Shown here piece by piece: positions 41,512 through 50,142 of a stretch of DNA of 64,000 nucleotides. Within the stretch, counting starts at the first letter, position 1; each line of letters opens with the position of its first letter. This DNA is from Vicinamibacteria bacterium (GTDB lineage: Bacteria; Acidobacteriota; Vicinamibacteria; Fen-336; JAGNNV01). The position numbers and the translations under genes are program-made. The stretch lies in NCBI GenBank assembly GCA_044229175.1, contig JBGATM010000006.1:2273-66272 (forward strand), in the 5' to 3' direction. Under the pieces are notes generated by a model. The model saw nothing but the letters and a program-made list of their open reading frames with translations. It was not told the origin of the DNA and ran no database searches.

Positions 41512-42057
41512 CTACCACTTGTCTTCGGGCAGTTCCGCCTTGTGGTTCTCGTGACGGGCCATGACGAAGAGCAGATCGGAGAGGCGGTTCAGGTAGGTGC
41601 CGATCACCGGATCGATCGGCACCTGACGGGCGAGCCCGACCACCGCGCGCTCCGCGCGCCGGCAGATGGTGCGGGCGAGATGGAGCTGGGCTCCGGTCGG
41701 GCCGCCGCCGGCCAGGATGAAGGCCTTGAGCGGGGGCAATTCGGCTTCGCGATGATCGATCTCCCGCTCCAGGGCCTCGATGCGGGCGTCGCCGGTAACC
41801 ACCTTCTCCTTGCGCTCCGCGATCTTGTCCTTGGGATCGGCGAGCCGGGCGGAGAGGGAGAACAGATCCTTCTGGATCGTCATAAGCAACGCGCCGAGGG
41901 GCGAGCCCGAAGGCAGGCCGCTCTTGATCACGCCGAGCATGGCCTGGAGCTCATCGATGTCCCCGTAGGCCGAAACCCGCGGATCGTCCTTCTGGACGCG
42001 CGACCCGTCGATGAGTCCCGTGTCGCCGCCGTCGCCGGTCTTCGTGTAGATCTTCAT
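41512..42057 (-). CDS. pduO: ATP:cob(I)alamin adenosyltransferase, PduO type
   Basis: MKIYTKTGDGG.T, AYGDIDEL, FIL.GG, RTICRRAER, YLNRLSDLLF; true ATG at 42057 (the track ORF is over-extended through the tRNA). Confidence 0.95.
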   Translation of the reverse strand: MKIYTKTGDGGDTGLIDGSRVQKDDPRVSAYGDIDELQAMLGVIKSGLPSGSPLGALLMTIQKDLFSLSARLADPKDKIAERKEKVVTGDARIEALEREIDHREAELPPLKAFILAGGGPTGAQLHLARTICRRAERAVVGLARQVPIDPVIGTYLNRLSDLLFVMARHENHKAELPEDKW

Positions 42058-42067
42058 GGGAGATAAA

Positions 42068-42141
42068 TGCGCCCTGAGGGATTCGAACCCCCTACCCCTT
42101 GGTTCGAAGCCAAGTGCTCTATCCAGATGAGCTAAGGGCGC
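42068..42141 (-). tRNA. tRNA-Arg, anticodon TCG, CCA not encoded
   Basis: GCGCCCT/AGGGCGC acceptor stem, D-arm GCTC-ATCTGGATA-GAGC with A20, anticodon arm CTTGG-CTTCGAA-CCAAG, T-arm GGGGG-TTCGAAT-CCCTC; discriminator A followed by TTT. Confidence 0.95.
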
Positions 42142-42219
42142 GCGTGACGAACGGTGCGAATCGTCGTGACGGGGGAGTTTATCCCGTTCGCGACTAATCT
42201 CCGGGAAACCGGAGGAACC

Positions 42220-43239
42220 GTGAACCCTCGCCCCTTTCCCGCCGTTCGTGCCTTGCCCTCGCGCGGATGCTTCGCCCTGCTCTGCGCCCTCGCGGCGGCG
42301 CCGGCCGCCGCCGCCGATTGGCCCCAGGCGGTCCAGAGAATCGAGATCACCAGTTCCCTCGACGGCTCGGTTCAGGCTGCCATGTTCGCGCCGGCCTCCG
42401 GGCTTCCCCGCGGTTCGCGCGAGGCTCGGCCGCTGCTCGTCGCCCTCCACACGTGGAGTTCGGGGTACGACCAGCCGGGGTCGATTCCCTGGGCCGAAGG
42501 CGCCTTGGCGCGGGGCTGGGTGTTCATCCATCCGGACTTCCGCGGCCCGAACAACCGTCCGCAGGCCGGAGGCTCCGAAGCCGCGATTCGAGATGTTCTG
42601 GACGCGGTTCGAGAAGCGCGGCGGCGCGCCAACGTGGACCCGCGCCGGATCTACCTGGCCGGCTACTCGGGCGGCGGTCACGCCGCGCTCATGGTCGCCT
42701 CCAGGTCGGCAGAGATCTGGGCCGGGGTCTCGGTCTGGTCTCCGATCACCGACCTCGCGGTCTGGCACGGGGAGTCGCGGTCGCGCGGCCTCGTCCGCTA
42801 CGCGAACGACATCGAGACCATCTGCGGGGGTCCGCCCGACCCGGGAAGCGAGGCCCGTCGGGAATGCGACCGCCGCTCCCCGATCTCGTTGCTCAAGGCG
42901 CTCGCCGGCCTGCCCCTCGATCTCAACACCGGTATCCGCGATGGCCACGCTCCCCGCATCGAGAGCGGCACGGTGCCGATCGGCCACTCTCTGCGCGCGT
43001 TCAATCTCCTCGTGCCTCCTCGCCATGCCATCCCGCGGGACCTCATGGACGAGTTCGAACGCTCGGGAACCGTTCCCGATTCCAGGAGATTCAAGGGCGT
43101 CGAACCCGACTACGGAAGGTTCCGCGTTGTGTTCCGGCGAGAGTCGGGACCGGTGCGCCTTACCCTGTTCGACGGCGACCACGACGTGGCGCACGAAGCG
43201 GCCCTCGGCTGGCTCTCCCGGCAAAGGCGCCGGCCTTAG
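42220..43239 (+). CDS. secreted alpha/beta hydrolase (S9/esterase-like)
   Basis: GGAGG SD + GTG; signal peptide; LHTWS, GYSGGG nucleophile elbow, FDGDH. Confidence 0.82.
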   Translation: MNPRPFPAVRALPSRGCFALLCALAAAPAAAADWPQAVQRIEITSSLDGSVQAAMFAPASGLPRGSREARPLLVALHTWSSGYDQPGSIPWAEGALARGWVFIHPDFRGPNNRPQAGGSEAAIRDVLDAVREARRRANVDPRRIYLAGYSGGGHAALMVASRSAEIWAGVSVWSPITDLAVWHGESRSRGLVRYANDIETICGGPPDPGSEARRECDRRSPISLLKALAGLPLDLNTGIRDGHAPRIESGTVPIGHSLRAFNLLVPPRHAIPRDLMDEFERSGTVPDSRRFKGVEPDYGRFRVVFRRESGPVRLTLFDGDHDVAHEAALGWLSRQRRRP

Positions 43240-43267
43240 CCTCCTCCGGCGCGGCTACTATTCGGCC

Positions 43268-44725
43268 ATGCTCCGACCCAAGACCTGTCTGACCTTCACC
43301 ATCGCGACCGCCCTGCTCGTCGCAACGAACTCCGCGGTCGCCCAACAGGGCTTCACCGACGCGTTTCCAGCCGAGGAGTTCGCCGCGCGACGCGAGCGGG
43401 TCATCGCCCAGATCGGGGACGGCGTCGCCATCCTGCAGGGCACGACCGAGCGGCGAGGCGAGTCGCCGCTTCGGCAGAGTAACCAGTTCTTCTACCTGAC
43501 CGGGGTCACCGAACCTCGCGCCTTTCTGATCATCGATGGCAGGGCCAGGAAGACCACGCTGTTCCTCACCCCCGCCAGTCCGCGGCGGGTGCGCGCCATC
43601 GGCCCGTATCTCGACGTGAACGAGGAATCGCGCAGGGTCACCGGGGTCGACGCGATCGAGCCCCGCGACGTGTTCACCGCCGTGGTCGCGAAGATCGCCA
43701 CGGAAAAGCGCGCGATCTTCACCCCCATGAAGCCCGAAGTGCTGGGCAGCGAGTCGGCGAGCGACGTCGTGGCCTTCATGCGCGCCACGAAGGAAGACCC
43801 GTGGGACGGCCACATCGGCCGCGACGAGACTTTCATCGCCAGACTCAGAGCCGCGGCGCCCGACTCGGAGCTGAAGGATCTCGATCCCATCCTCGACACA
43901 ATGCGCGCGGTGAAGAGCCCGCGGGAGATCGCGATCATTCGCGAAGCCACGCGTCTCACCGGTCTCGGCATCATGGAAGCCATGCGCGACGCCGAGCCCG
44001 GAATGTTCGAGTACGAACTGGAGGCAGCGGCCGAGTACGTCTACAAGCGCGGGGGCGCTTATGGCGAGTCGTACTTCCCTCTTATCGCCAACGGCCGCAA
44101 CATGCCGTACACGCACTATCACAAGAATCGCGACCGCCTCCGCAAGGGCGACCTCGTCCAGTTCGACTGGGCGCCCGACCTCGCGAACTACACCAGCGAC
44201 GTGACCCGCGTCTTCCCCGCCGACGGCAAGTTCACGCCGCGCCAGCGCGAGTTCTACGTCATCTACCTGCGGCTCTACCAGGCGTTCATGACCTCGATCC
44301 GCGTTCACGCGACGGCTCGCGAGGTCATGGACGCGGCGCTGGTGAAGATGGACCGGATCATGGCGGAGTACAAGTTCACCGACCCGAAGATCCGCGAGAC
44401 CGCGGAAGGTTTCGTGAACCGCTACCGCGTGAACCCAAACGCACCCCCCGGCGCAGGGCGCAGCCTCGGCCACAGCGTGGGCATGGAAGTCCATGACGTC
44501 CGCAACCCGACCGCGTCCCTCGAACCGGGGTACATCTTCACCATCGAACCTCAGATGACCATGGAGGGCGGCGAACTGTCGGTCCGTCTCGAAGACATGA
44601 TCCTCATCACCGAGACGGGCTATGAGAACCTGTCGGCCTTCGTGCCCGTGGAGATCGCGGACATCGAGAAGCTCATGGCACAGCCCGGGTTGGGGGCGCA
44701 CGCCCTGAAGCTTCCCGGGAGATAG
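43268..44725 (+). CDS. secreted Xaa-Pro aminopeptidase (M24B)
   Basis: Signal peptide; RQSNQFFYLTG, VKSPREI, YTSDVTR, GHSVGMEVHD, TIEP, RLEDM. Confidence 0.9.
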   Translation: MLRPKTCLTFTIATALLVATNSAVAQQGFTDAFPAEEFAARRERVIAQIGDGVAILQGTTERRGESPLRQSNQFFYLTGVTEPRAFLIIDGRARKTTLFLTPASPRRVRAIGPYLDVNEESRRVTGVDAIEPRDVFTAVVAKIATEKRAIFTPMKPEVLGSESASDVVAFMRATKEDPWDGHIGRDETFIARLRAAAPDSELKDLDPILDTMRAVKSPREIAIIREATRLTGLGIMEAMRDAEPGMFEYELEAAAEYVYKRGGAYGESYFPLIANGRNMPYTHYHKNRDRLRKGDLVQFDWAPDLANYTSDVTRVFPADGKFTPRQREFYVIYLRLYQAFMTSIRVHATAREVMDAALVKMDRIMAEYKFTDPKIRETAEGFVNRYRVNPNAPPGAGRSLGHSVGMEVHDVRNPTASLEPGYIFTIEPQMTMEGGELSVRLEDMILITETGYENLSAFVPVEIADIEKLMAQPGLGAHALKLPGR

Positions 44726-44870
44726 CCGATTCACAGGTGGGCTGCGGCGTGGTCCGAGACCGGCCCCCTCCCGCCTGCGGTATCGTTGCCTCACCTCTCG
44801 TCGGGCGGCGAAGGAAGTTCCGCTTACCCCCACCCACGCATCTCCGTTCATCAGCATTTGGAGGCCCCCT

Positions 44871-47651
44871 TTGCGACTCTCTCCCCTCTCCCGGGCTCTG
44901 CTTCTCGGCGCGTTCACCACCTCGGCTCTGAGCACCCCCTCGCCCGTCATCGCCCAGGGCAAGGCCGCGGCCAAGCCCGTCGCCTCTCAGGCCACCGATC
45001 CCGAGTTCGCCAAACTCGTCAAGGAGTGGACCACGAAGCCGGAGTTCATCTCTCCGCTCGTCGATTTCCTCCCCCTCAAGAAGGGCATCCCCACGCCCAA
45101 GGATGTCCTCGGGCGCTACGTCGGCCAGCCGAATCGCCTGACCACCACGACGGAGGCCTACGCCTACTACCGCGCCCTCGAGAAGGCTTCGCCGCGCGTG
45201 AAGATCGTCCTCATGGGGAAGACCGACGAAGGTCGCGACCAGATGATCGTCAACATCTCGAACGAGCAGACCATCAAGGACCTCGAGCTGTATCGCGGCT
45301 ATCTCGGCCAGATCGCCGATCCACGGAAGACGACGCCGGAGGCCGTGAAGGATGTGATCGCCAAGGCGAAGCCTATCTACTACGTGTCCGGAGGACAGCA
45401 CTCCCCGGAGACCGGCCCGCCCGAGATGCTCATGGAACTCGCCTATCGCCTCGTGGCCGACGACTCTCCCATGTACCAGGGCATCCGCGACAACGTGATC
45501 GTGGCCATCAATCCCGTGGTGGAGCCCGACGGCCGCGACCGGGTCGTCGACTGGTACCACCGCCACAAGATCGATGAGACCGACGAGCGCACCGCGTCCG
45601 GCGGCCCGCCCTACTGGGGCAAGTACGTCTTCCACGACAACAACCGCGACATCAACTACTCGCAGGTCACCATGAGGAACGTGCTCGACTGGTATCTCCA
45701 GTGGCACCCTCCGATCATGCACGACCTGCATGAATCGGTGCCGTTCATGTACACCTTCTCCGGCCAGGCTCCGCAAAACCCCGCCCTCGACCCGATCCTC
45801 TACGCCGAGCTGCCCTGGTTCAGCAACTACGAGAAGTCGCAGATGGCGAAGTACGGCATGCCCGGCGTGTGGGACTTCGGCTTCGTCGACATGTGGTCTC
45901 CCGGATATCTCGCGTTCATGTCCAGCAACCACAACGGCATGATCCGCATGTACGAGACCTACGGCAACGGCGGCGCCACCACCATGAAGCGCAAGGTCGC
46001 GGGCGAAGGCTTCGGCCCCGACCAGACCTCACGCGAGTGGTATCGGCCGTGGCCTCCCTACAAGGAAGTGGTCTGGTCGATGCGCAACAACACGAACTAC
46101 ATGGAGACGGGCGTCCTCTCCGCGCTCGAACTCACCTCCAAGTTCCCCAAGGTGATTCTCGAGAACTTCTACAAGAAGAGCTTCAACTCCATCGAGTCCG
46201 GCAGGAAGGATTCGCCCCACGGTTACGTGATCCCGGGCGGACAGAAGGATCAGACCCGCGTCGCCATGCTGGTCAATCTCCTCCGCATGCAGGGCATCGA
46301 AGTCGGCAAGGCCACCGCGGAGATGAGCGTCAAGGAAGGCAAGTTCCCCGCGGGCTCGTACGTGATCAAGCGCGATCAGCCCTACGGTCGGCTCGCCCGG
46401 ATCCTGCTCGAGAAGCAGAACTTCCCCGACGCGAACCTGCGCACCTACGACGACACCGGCTGGACCATGGGACTCATGTCTCACACCGACGTGAAGGAGA
46501 TCGCGGACCCCGCCATTCTTCAGGCCGCGGTGGAGCCCGTGACCACGGTCAAGCTCCAGGGCTCGGAGGCCGGCGCGGGACGCTACGTCGCCGCGCTCAA
46601 TTTCGGCGCCAACCACATGGCGACCCTGCGCTACAAGTTCGCGAAGATGAAGACCCTCGCGAACGAGAAGGCCACGAAGATCGGCGATACCGACGTTCCC
46701 GCGGGTTCGCTCTGGTTCGACACCCAGGGCGGCGACGCCGCGGCGGTCAAGGCCGCGGTCGAATCGCTCGGCCTGACCGCGGTGGCGACGGATGCGCTTC
46801 CCTCGGTGGCCACCCATGAAGTCGACCTGCCGCGCCTCGCGGTCTACTCCACCTGGGGCAACACCCAGGAGGTCGGCTGGGTGCGGCATGCCTTCGACTA
46901 CTACGGCATTCCCTTCACCCTCATCTACAAGGAGCAGGTGAAGGCGGGCAACCTCGGGAAGGACTACGACGTCATCGTCATCCCGAACCAGGGCCGTACC
47001 GCCAAGGGCCTGGTGTTCGACATCGCGAACAAGGGCAAGCCGCTTCCCTACAAGAAGGATCCGAAGTTCCCAACCCTGGGCGGCTACGGGGAGTCGGACG
47101 ACATCACGGGCGGCATGGGTCTCGAGGGCGCCAACGAGCTTGACAAGTTCGTGAATGGGGGCGGTTCGCTCGTAACCCTGGCCGCGGCGAGCTACTTCCC
47201 GCCCGAGTTCGGCCTCGCCAAGATGATCGACGCGCGCGCGCCTTCGGCCGCCTTCTACGCGCCCGGTCCGATCATCGAAGCGGAGATCCAGGCTCCCGAG
47301 CATCCGATCTTCTACGGCTACTCGAACAAGACGATCTCGGTGCGCTATGGCAACGGTCCGCTGCTCAACGTGCCCGACATCATGAAGGACCGGATCCTCA
47401 TGAAATACCCGGGCCAGGACAAGTCGGTTCTCTCCGGTCTGTTCAAGGGCGCTAACGAGATCCGCGATCGTCCGGCCATCGTCGACGTCCCGCAGGGCAA
47501 GGGCCAGATCGTCCTCTTCGCTGGAAACCCCTGCTACCGCTGGCAGAACTTCGGCGAGTTCGGCATGCTCTTCAACACCGTCCTCCACTGGAACGATCTG
47601 CTGGCGAGCAAGGCCCCGCTTCCCGCCGAGAAGCCCGCGACCGAACAGTAA
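44871..47651 (+). CDS. secreted M14 zinc carboxypeptidase with C-terminal GATase-like domain
   Basis: TTG start with GGAGG SD; signal peptide; HSPE (HxxE), DNNRD, HDLHE. Confidence 0.88.
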   Translation: MRLSPLSRALLLGAFTTSALSTPSPVIAQGKAAAKPVASQATDPEFAKLVKEWTTKPEFISPLVDFLPLKKGIPTPKDVLGRYVGQPNRLTTTTEAYAYYRALEKASPRVKIVLMGKTDEGRDQMIVNISNEQTIKDLELYRGYLGQIADPRKTTPEAVKDVIAKAKPIYYVSGGQHSPETGPPEMLMELAYRLVADDSPMYQGIRDNVIVAINPVVEPDGRDRVVDWYHRHKIDETDERTASGGPPYWGKYVFHDNNRDINYSQVTMRNVLDWYLQWHPPIMHDLHESVPFMYTFSGQAPQNPALDPILYAELPWFSNYEKSQMAKYGMPGVWDFGFVDMWSPGYLAFMSSNHNGMIRMYETYGNGGATTMKRKVAGEGFGPDQTSREWYRPWPPYKEVVWSMRNNTNYMETGVLSALELTSKFPKVILENFYKKSFNSIESGRKDSPHGYVIPGGQKDQTRVAMLVNLLRMQGIEVGKATAEMSVKEGKFPAGSYVIKRDQPYGRLARILLEKQNFPDANLRTYDDTGWTMGLMSHTDVKEIADPAILQAAVEPVTTVKLQGSEAGAGRYVAALNFGANHMATLRYKFAKMKTLANEKATKIGDTDVPAGSLWFDTQGGDAAAVKAAVESLGLTAVATDALPSVATHEVDLPRLAVYSTWGNTQEVGWVRHAFDYYGIPFTLIYKEQVKAGNLGKDYDVIVIPNQGRTAKGLVFDIANKGKPLPYKKDPKFPTLGGYGESDDITGGMGLEGANELDKFVNGGGSLVTLAAASYFPPEFGLAKMIDARAPSAAFYAPGPIIEAEIQAPEHPIFYGYSNKTISVRYGNGPLLNVPDIMKDRILMKYPGQDKSVLSGLFKGANEIRDRPAIVDVPQGKGQIVLFAGNPCYRWQNFGEFGMLFNTVLHWNDLLASKAPLPAEKPATEQ

Positions 47652-47672
47652 AAGCCGCCCGTCGACGGACGC

Positions 47673-47710
47673 AATGGGCGCCTCGATCGCGAGGCGCCCA
47701 TTCTCTTTCT
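47673..47710 (+). terminator. intrinsic terminator
   Basis: Perfect 13-bp stem AATGGGCGCCTCG-ATCG-CGAGGCGCCCATT followed by CTCTTTCT. Confidence 0.8.
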
Positions 47711-47796
47711 GCCCGTGGCGCGCTCCTTCCCGCCACCCGGGCTCGATAGGAATGCTGCGCCGCCGACAGCAAGGCTCGGACTAACATCGAGCATCG

Positions 47797-50082
47797 ATGT
47801 TCTGGCGCGTTCCTGCTGCCCTGGGTCTGGCCGTCCTCACGCTGGCCGCACCGCGCCTTCTGGCCGCCGACCTTAAGGCCCCGACCGCGCCGGCGCCGAA
47901 GATCGTCGATGTCAACACCATCGACCCCGAGACCTTCGCCGCCCTGGCCACGCGCCTCGCCCCCGGGGAGCGAATCGACATCGATGGTCATTTCGAGGAA
48001 GCAGCCTGGCAGCGCGCGACCGCGCAGGGGCACTTCATCCAGCGCGAGCCGGATCTGGGCCACGAGTCGTCGCAGAAGACCGAGTTCAGGATTCTCTACG
48101 ACGACCGGAACCTCTACTTCGGGATCTGGGCCTTCGACGACGAGCCCGACAAGATCGTGGCCACGGAAATGAAGCGGGATTCCGGCCTGCGCAAGGGCGA
48201 TCAGATCAAGATCAGCATCGACACCTTCCACGACAAGCGAAACGCGTTCTACTTCTCGACGAACCCGCTGGGGGCCTTGAAGGACGCGAACTCCACCGAG
48301 AACGGCCGGGTCATCAACTACGACTGGAACGCGGTGTGGCGCAGCAAGACCAGCCGCGACGAGCACGGGTGGTACGTGGAGATCGCGATTCCCTTTTCCC
48401 AGCTTCGTTTCGCGGGCGGCCCGGGTGAGACGGTCTGGGGTCTCAACATCTGCCGAATCCTCCTGCGCCGCAACGAGGACAGCTACTGGGTTCCGTTTCC
48501 GCGGGAATGGACGCCCTCGGGCTTCGCGCGTGTCTCCAACGCGGGGAAACTCGTGGGCCTCACCGACCTCAAGCCCCGGCGGCGGGTGGAGTTCGTGCCC
48601 TTCGCGGTGCCGTCGGTCAACCGCGACGACATCGCGGCCCGGTCGAACACGGACTTCGGCTACGGCTTCGACGGGCGGGTGGGGCTCACCGGGTCGTTGA
48701 CCGCGGATCTCACCTTCAAGACCGACTTCGCGCAGGTGGAGGCCGATCAGGAGATCGTCAATCTCTCCCGTTTCTCCGTGTACTTCCCGGAGAAGAGGCA
48801 GTTCTTCACGGAGAGCGCCGGTATCTTCGACTTCGGCCGGGTGGGCATCGGTCTCACCGGAGGGGATTCGGTACCCGATGGGGGCCTCCTGCCCATCTAC
48901 TACTCGCGGACCATCGGCCTCGTGGAAGGAGTGCCCGTCCCCATCCTGGCCGGAGCCAAGATCACCGGCCGGGCCGGCCCGTACACCCTCGGCCTCCTGA
49001 ACGTCCAGACCGAGGATTCGAGACCTCCGGGGGGGCTTCCCCTGCCGGGCGGCAACTACTCGGCGATCCGGGTGAAGCGAAACATCTTCCGGCAATCGAC
49101 CATGGGAGCCATGTTCCTGAACCGTCAAGGAGGACCGGGCCTCGCCTTCAACCGCACCGCCGCGGCCGACTTCAGCCTGGTCCTGGGGCGAAGCCTGGGC
49201 ATCGCGGGCATGCTGGCGAAGACGTTCTCGCCTTCGGGAGCCCGGGGCCGGGGCGACGGGGTCGCGGGCGCGGCCAACGTGTCGTGGAGAACCGACAAGT
49301 GGGACATGGGCGCCACCTACCTCGACGTGGCCGCGGACTTCAACGCCGAGATGGGTTTCATCGCGCGCACCGACATCCGCAATCCCAAGGCCCAGGTCAG
49401 TCGGATCTGGCGGCCGAGAATGAAGAGCGTTCGTTCGCTCCGCGCGGACCTGAGCTTCGATCTCTACCAGAATCACCGGGGACGCGAGGTCTCGCGGGGT
49501 TACGACGGGGCCTTCAGCTGGCAGCGGCCGAACGGAGCGGTCGCGCAGGCCTCCGTGTCGCGGGACCACGACGTGCTCGCCCGCAACTTCTCGACCTTCG
49601 CGGGAACCATCGGACCCGGCGACTACTGGTGGAATACCTACCGCGCCAACTACACCTCCAGCAACACCGGGCGGAAACTCGGCGGCTCCCTGGGGCTCGA
49701 AGGCGGCGGCTACTACGACGGCCGCAGGCAGACGTTGAAAGCCGGCCTCAATTACGTCCCGAACGGCACCATGCTCATCGAAGGCATCTACACCCGCAAC
49801 CAGATCCAGCTGCCAGGCCGGCCGGACGCGGCGTCGAACGTCGTGGGCGCCCGCATCAGCTACTCGTTCTCCCCCAGTCTCTTCGTAAAGGCCTTCGCGC
49901 AGACCAACGACGAGCGCAAGCTCGCGAGCCTGAATCTCCTCCTCTGGTACATCTACCGCCCGGGCAGCGATCTTTACGTCGTCTACAACCAGGGCTGGGA
50001 CCAGAACGCCCCGGGCCGCAGCTTCCTCACCTCCAACGACAAGTCGTTCACGGTGAAGATGACCTGGTGGTGGAGCCGGTAG
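47797..50082 (+). CDS. CBM9-like + DUF5916 predicted outer-membrane beta-barrel protein
   Basis: Signal peptide; IDGHFEEAAW, FIQREP, EIAIPFSQLRF, DFAQVEAD, FPEKRQFF; aromatic C-terminal strand. Confidence 0.82.
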   Translation: MFWRVPAALGLAVLTLAAPRLLAADLKAPTAPAPKIVDVNTIDPETFAALATRLAPGERIDIDGHFEEAAWQRATAQGHFIQREPDLGHESSQKTEFRILYDDRNLYFGIWAFDDEPDKIVATEMKRDSGLRKGDQIKISIDTFHDKRNAFYFSTNPLGALKDANSTENGRVINYDWNAVWRSKTSRDEHGWYVEIAIPFSQLRFAGGPGETVWGLNICRILLRRNEDSYWVPFPREWTPSGFARVSNAGKLVGLTDLKPRRRVEFVPFAVPSVNRDDIAARSNTDFGYGFDGRVGLTGSLTADLTFKTDFAQVEADQEIVNLSRFSVYFPEKRQFFTESAGIFDFGRVGIGLTGGDSVPDGGLLPIYYSRTIGLVEGVPVPILAGAKITGRAGPYTLGLLNVQTEDSRPPGGLPLPGGNYSAIRVKRNIFRQSTMGAMFLNRQGGPGLAFNRTAAADFSLVLGRSLGIAGMLAKTFSPSGARGRGDGVAGAANVSWRTDKWDMGATYLDVAADFNAEMGFIARTDIRNPKAQVSRIWRPRMKSVRSLRADLSFDLYQNHRGREVSRGYDGAFSWQRPNGAVAQASVSRDHDVLARNFSTFAGTIGPGDYWWNTYRANYTSSNTGRKLGGSLGLEGGGYYDGRRQTLKAGLNYVPNGTMLIEGIYTRNQIQLPGRPDAASNVVGARISYSFSPSLFVKAFAQTNDERKLASLNLLLWYIYRPGSDLYVVYNQGWDQNAPGRSFLTSNDKSFTVKMTWWWSR

Positions 50083-50142
50083 GTCTTCACCTCGGGCCGC
50101 CTCGCCCGATCTCGTCGACCGCCGCCTCGTAAGATGGGCCCG

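Noticed and set aside
42068-42141. tRNA as an island or prophage attachment site
   Set aside because: No integrase, no duplicated tRNA 3' end seen, and ordinary flanking genes
41512-43224. 570-aa extended PduO, and other upstream-extended track ORFs (7215, 17519, 34389, 42248, 54361, 57048 starts)
   Set aside because: Extensions run through the tRNA, promoters or neighbouring genes; family N-termini and stop/start overlaps define shorter starts
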